Source: an uncultured Acidobacteriota bacterium
GTDB taxonomy: Bacteria; Acidobacteriota; JAQAZP01
Direction: 5' to 3'
DNA: 64,000 bases
Assembly: GCA_963836075.1 (NCBI GenBank)
Contig: CAWIIB010000008.1
Span: 128,001-192,000, forward strand
The translations under genes and the position numbers were made by a program. The notes beneath the pieces are model-generated. The model did no database searches, was not told the origin of the DNA, and worked only from the letters and a program-made list of their open reading frames with translations. Below are positions 62,775 through 64,000 of the stretch, piece after piece (position 1 is the stretch's first letter; each line of letters opens with the position of its first letter).

Positions 62775-62999
62775 TCACACCATTTTCTTCAGCCCGGATT
62801 CACTGAGGTCCTGTGCCCCGGCGGGCTGCAGGGTTGATGAAGACTGCCTGCCGCGGGCCAGGGAACGGATCCCCAACACCAGGGCCACCAGCCCTACCCC
62901 GAAGAGGTAGATGAGGAAGAGCAGGACCTGGACCACGGCCCGGCGAACCGTGTTGAATAAGCGGCCCAGCCAGCCAATGAATTTGATCAGCCACTGCAT
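62775..62999 (-). CDS. Small membrane protein, SxtJ-like
   Basis: 74 aa; W..F..WLG.....V...LL.LIY.FGVG..AL resembles the C-terminal half of SxtJ-family proteins. Confidence 0.5.
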   Translation of the reverse strand: MQWLIKFIGWLGRLFNTVRRAVVQVLLFLIYLFGVGLVALVLGIRSLARGRQSSSTLQPAGAQDLSESGLKKMV

Positions 63000-63016
63000 T
63001 GTTGTTCCTCCGCTGC

Positions 63017-64000
63017 TCAGGGCTGCAGCCGCGGCAGCAGTTTATAACGGTTGCAATGTTCGGCCAGGCGGTTCAGGCGGTCCATCCGCACCGGCAGGAC
63101 ATTCTCCTTGTGCGTCCAGTATTTCCAGGTGTCGGAATTCGACGCCTCCCAGCCGTCCAACTGGATTCCCATCTCCTGGTGCCGGTCATGCAGGGGCGCG
63201 TGCTCGAGGATGTGCAGCGGATACCCGAAGGTCACGTCGGTGACCGAGGGCTCATCCGAGTAGCGGGTCACCAGGTTCAGCGTCTGCTGGAAGTCGTCCT
63301 CGGTCTCGGTGGGGTACCCCACCATCAGATACATGAAGACCTTGATCCCGGTGCGTGAGCAGGAGCGGACAAAGCTGTCCAGCTCGCGGTTGGAGAAGCG
63401 CTTGCCCATGTGCCATCGCACCGCCTCGCTTCCCGATTCCACCCCCACCTTGAGCCGCGTGCAGCCGGCCTGCTTCAGCAGGTCATAGTCCTCTTCGGTG
63501 ATTTTCCCCTCTGGCGGGCAGATGAAGTAGGCGTCCCACTGGAAGGGGTCGCTGTGCTCCTGCCGGTAGAACTCGGTCAACCCGGTGCAGAGTTCCCGGA
63601 GATAGGTGGTGGACGCGTTGAGGGTGGGGTCGGCGATGGACTGGACCCGCTTGCCGTAGGTGCGGAAGTTGTGGATCATTTCGGCGGCCACCTTGGAACC
63701 CGTGGCGCGCCGGTAGCCGCCGATCATCCCCCGGGTGGCGCAGAAGGTGCAGTTGCCGATACAGCCCTTGGCGCCCTGGACATAGAGGCAGTCGTATTTC
63801 CGCATGGAGAGGTCCGAATAGTCCGGGAAGGGGATCGCCTCCAGGTTCTCGTTGCAGTGCCGGCCGTTGCCGTTGATGCCCGGCCCGTTGAGGTCGCCAT
63901 TGAGGATCGCCACCAGCGGCTCCTCCCCGTCCCCCTCCACGAAGGCGTCGATTAACCCCTCGGCCAGCAGTGTGCGGTTGAGACGCACCGCCCCCAGGCC
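63017..64000 (-). CDS. B12-type radical SAM protein (5' end outside the window)
   Basis: EGDGEE, PFPDYSD, KGCIGNCTFC, VGVESGS, LMVGYPTETEDDF. Confidence 0.88.
   Translation of the reverse strand, partial: GLGAVRLNRTLLAEGLIDAFVEGDGEEPLVAILNGDLNGPGINGNGRHCNENLEAIPFPDYSDLSMRKYDCLYVQGAKGCIGNCTFCATRGMIGGYRRATGSKVAAEMIHNFRTYGKRVQSIADPTLNASTTYLRELCTGLTEFYRQEHSDPFQWDAYFICPPEGKITEEDYDLLKQAGCTRLKVGVESGSEAVRWHMGKRFSNRELDSFVRSCSRTGIKVFMYLMVGYPTETEDDFQQTLNLVTRYSDEPSVTDVTFGYPLHILEHAPLHDRHQEMGIQLDGWEASNSDTWKYWTHKENVLPVRMDRLNRLAEHCNRYKLLPRLQP

Noticed and set aside
52159-62999. Saxitoxin gene cluster, suggested by sxtI/J/K-like genes
   Set aside because: No sxtA, sxtG or other core genes are present. These families are widespread beside glycosyltransferases.

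Overview
A GC-rich bacterial chromosomal window. The gene order (murI-rph-rdgB-tRNAs-tig-clpP-clpX-lon-yihA-rho-rpmE-prfA-prmC-...-murA) suggests an Acidobacteriota- or Desulfobacterota-like diderm, but this is inference only. Layout: (1) 1-5.6 kb, a glycan-modification cluster with two GT4s, two sulfotransferases and a radical SAM/SPASM protein. (2) 5.7-18.3 kb, PBP1B, an HPr-kinase-like gene divergent from a putative RiPP precursor, thiE, a CNNM protein, DUF3014, a sulfatase-like protein, an amidase, a GerMN protein, murI, rph and rdgB. (3) Six tRNAs and the housekeeping core, followed by an AbiEi/AbiEii islet with an operator-like inverted repeat. (4) murA, HIT, a ferredoxin, a Cys-rich Fe-S protein with a sigma54-like promoter, a TIGR03960-type radical SAM, tmk, a PgeF-like protein, proline dehydrogenase, a methyltransferase and a thermonuclease. 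(5) Two large secreted proteins, a gingipain-like C25 peptidase and a repeat/propeller protein, which share a ~120-aa C-terminal domain I do not recognise. (6) 52-64 kb, a tailoring cluster with three B12-type radical SAMs, one radical SAM/SPASM, two GT4s, a carbamoyltransferase, SxtJ/SxtK-like small proteins, an SGNH hydrolase and a methyltransferase. About ten single-base indels break otherwise intact genes, including rho, rpmE and prfA, which points to assembly errors. The best candidates for an undescribed system are the shared C-terminal domain (a possible sorting or anchoring signal) and the precursor/kinase pair. No CRISPR array, rRNA, integrase or transposase was seen.
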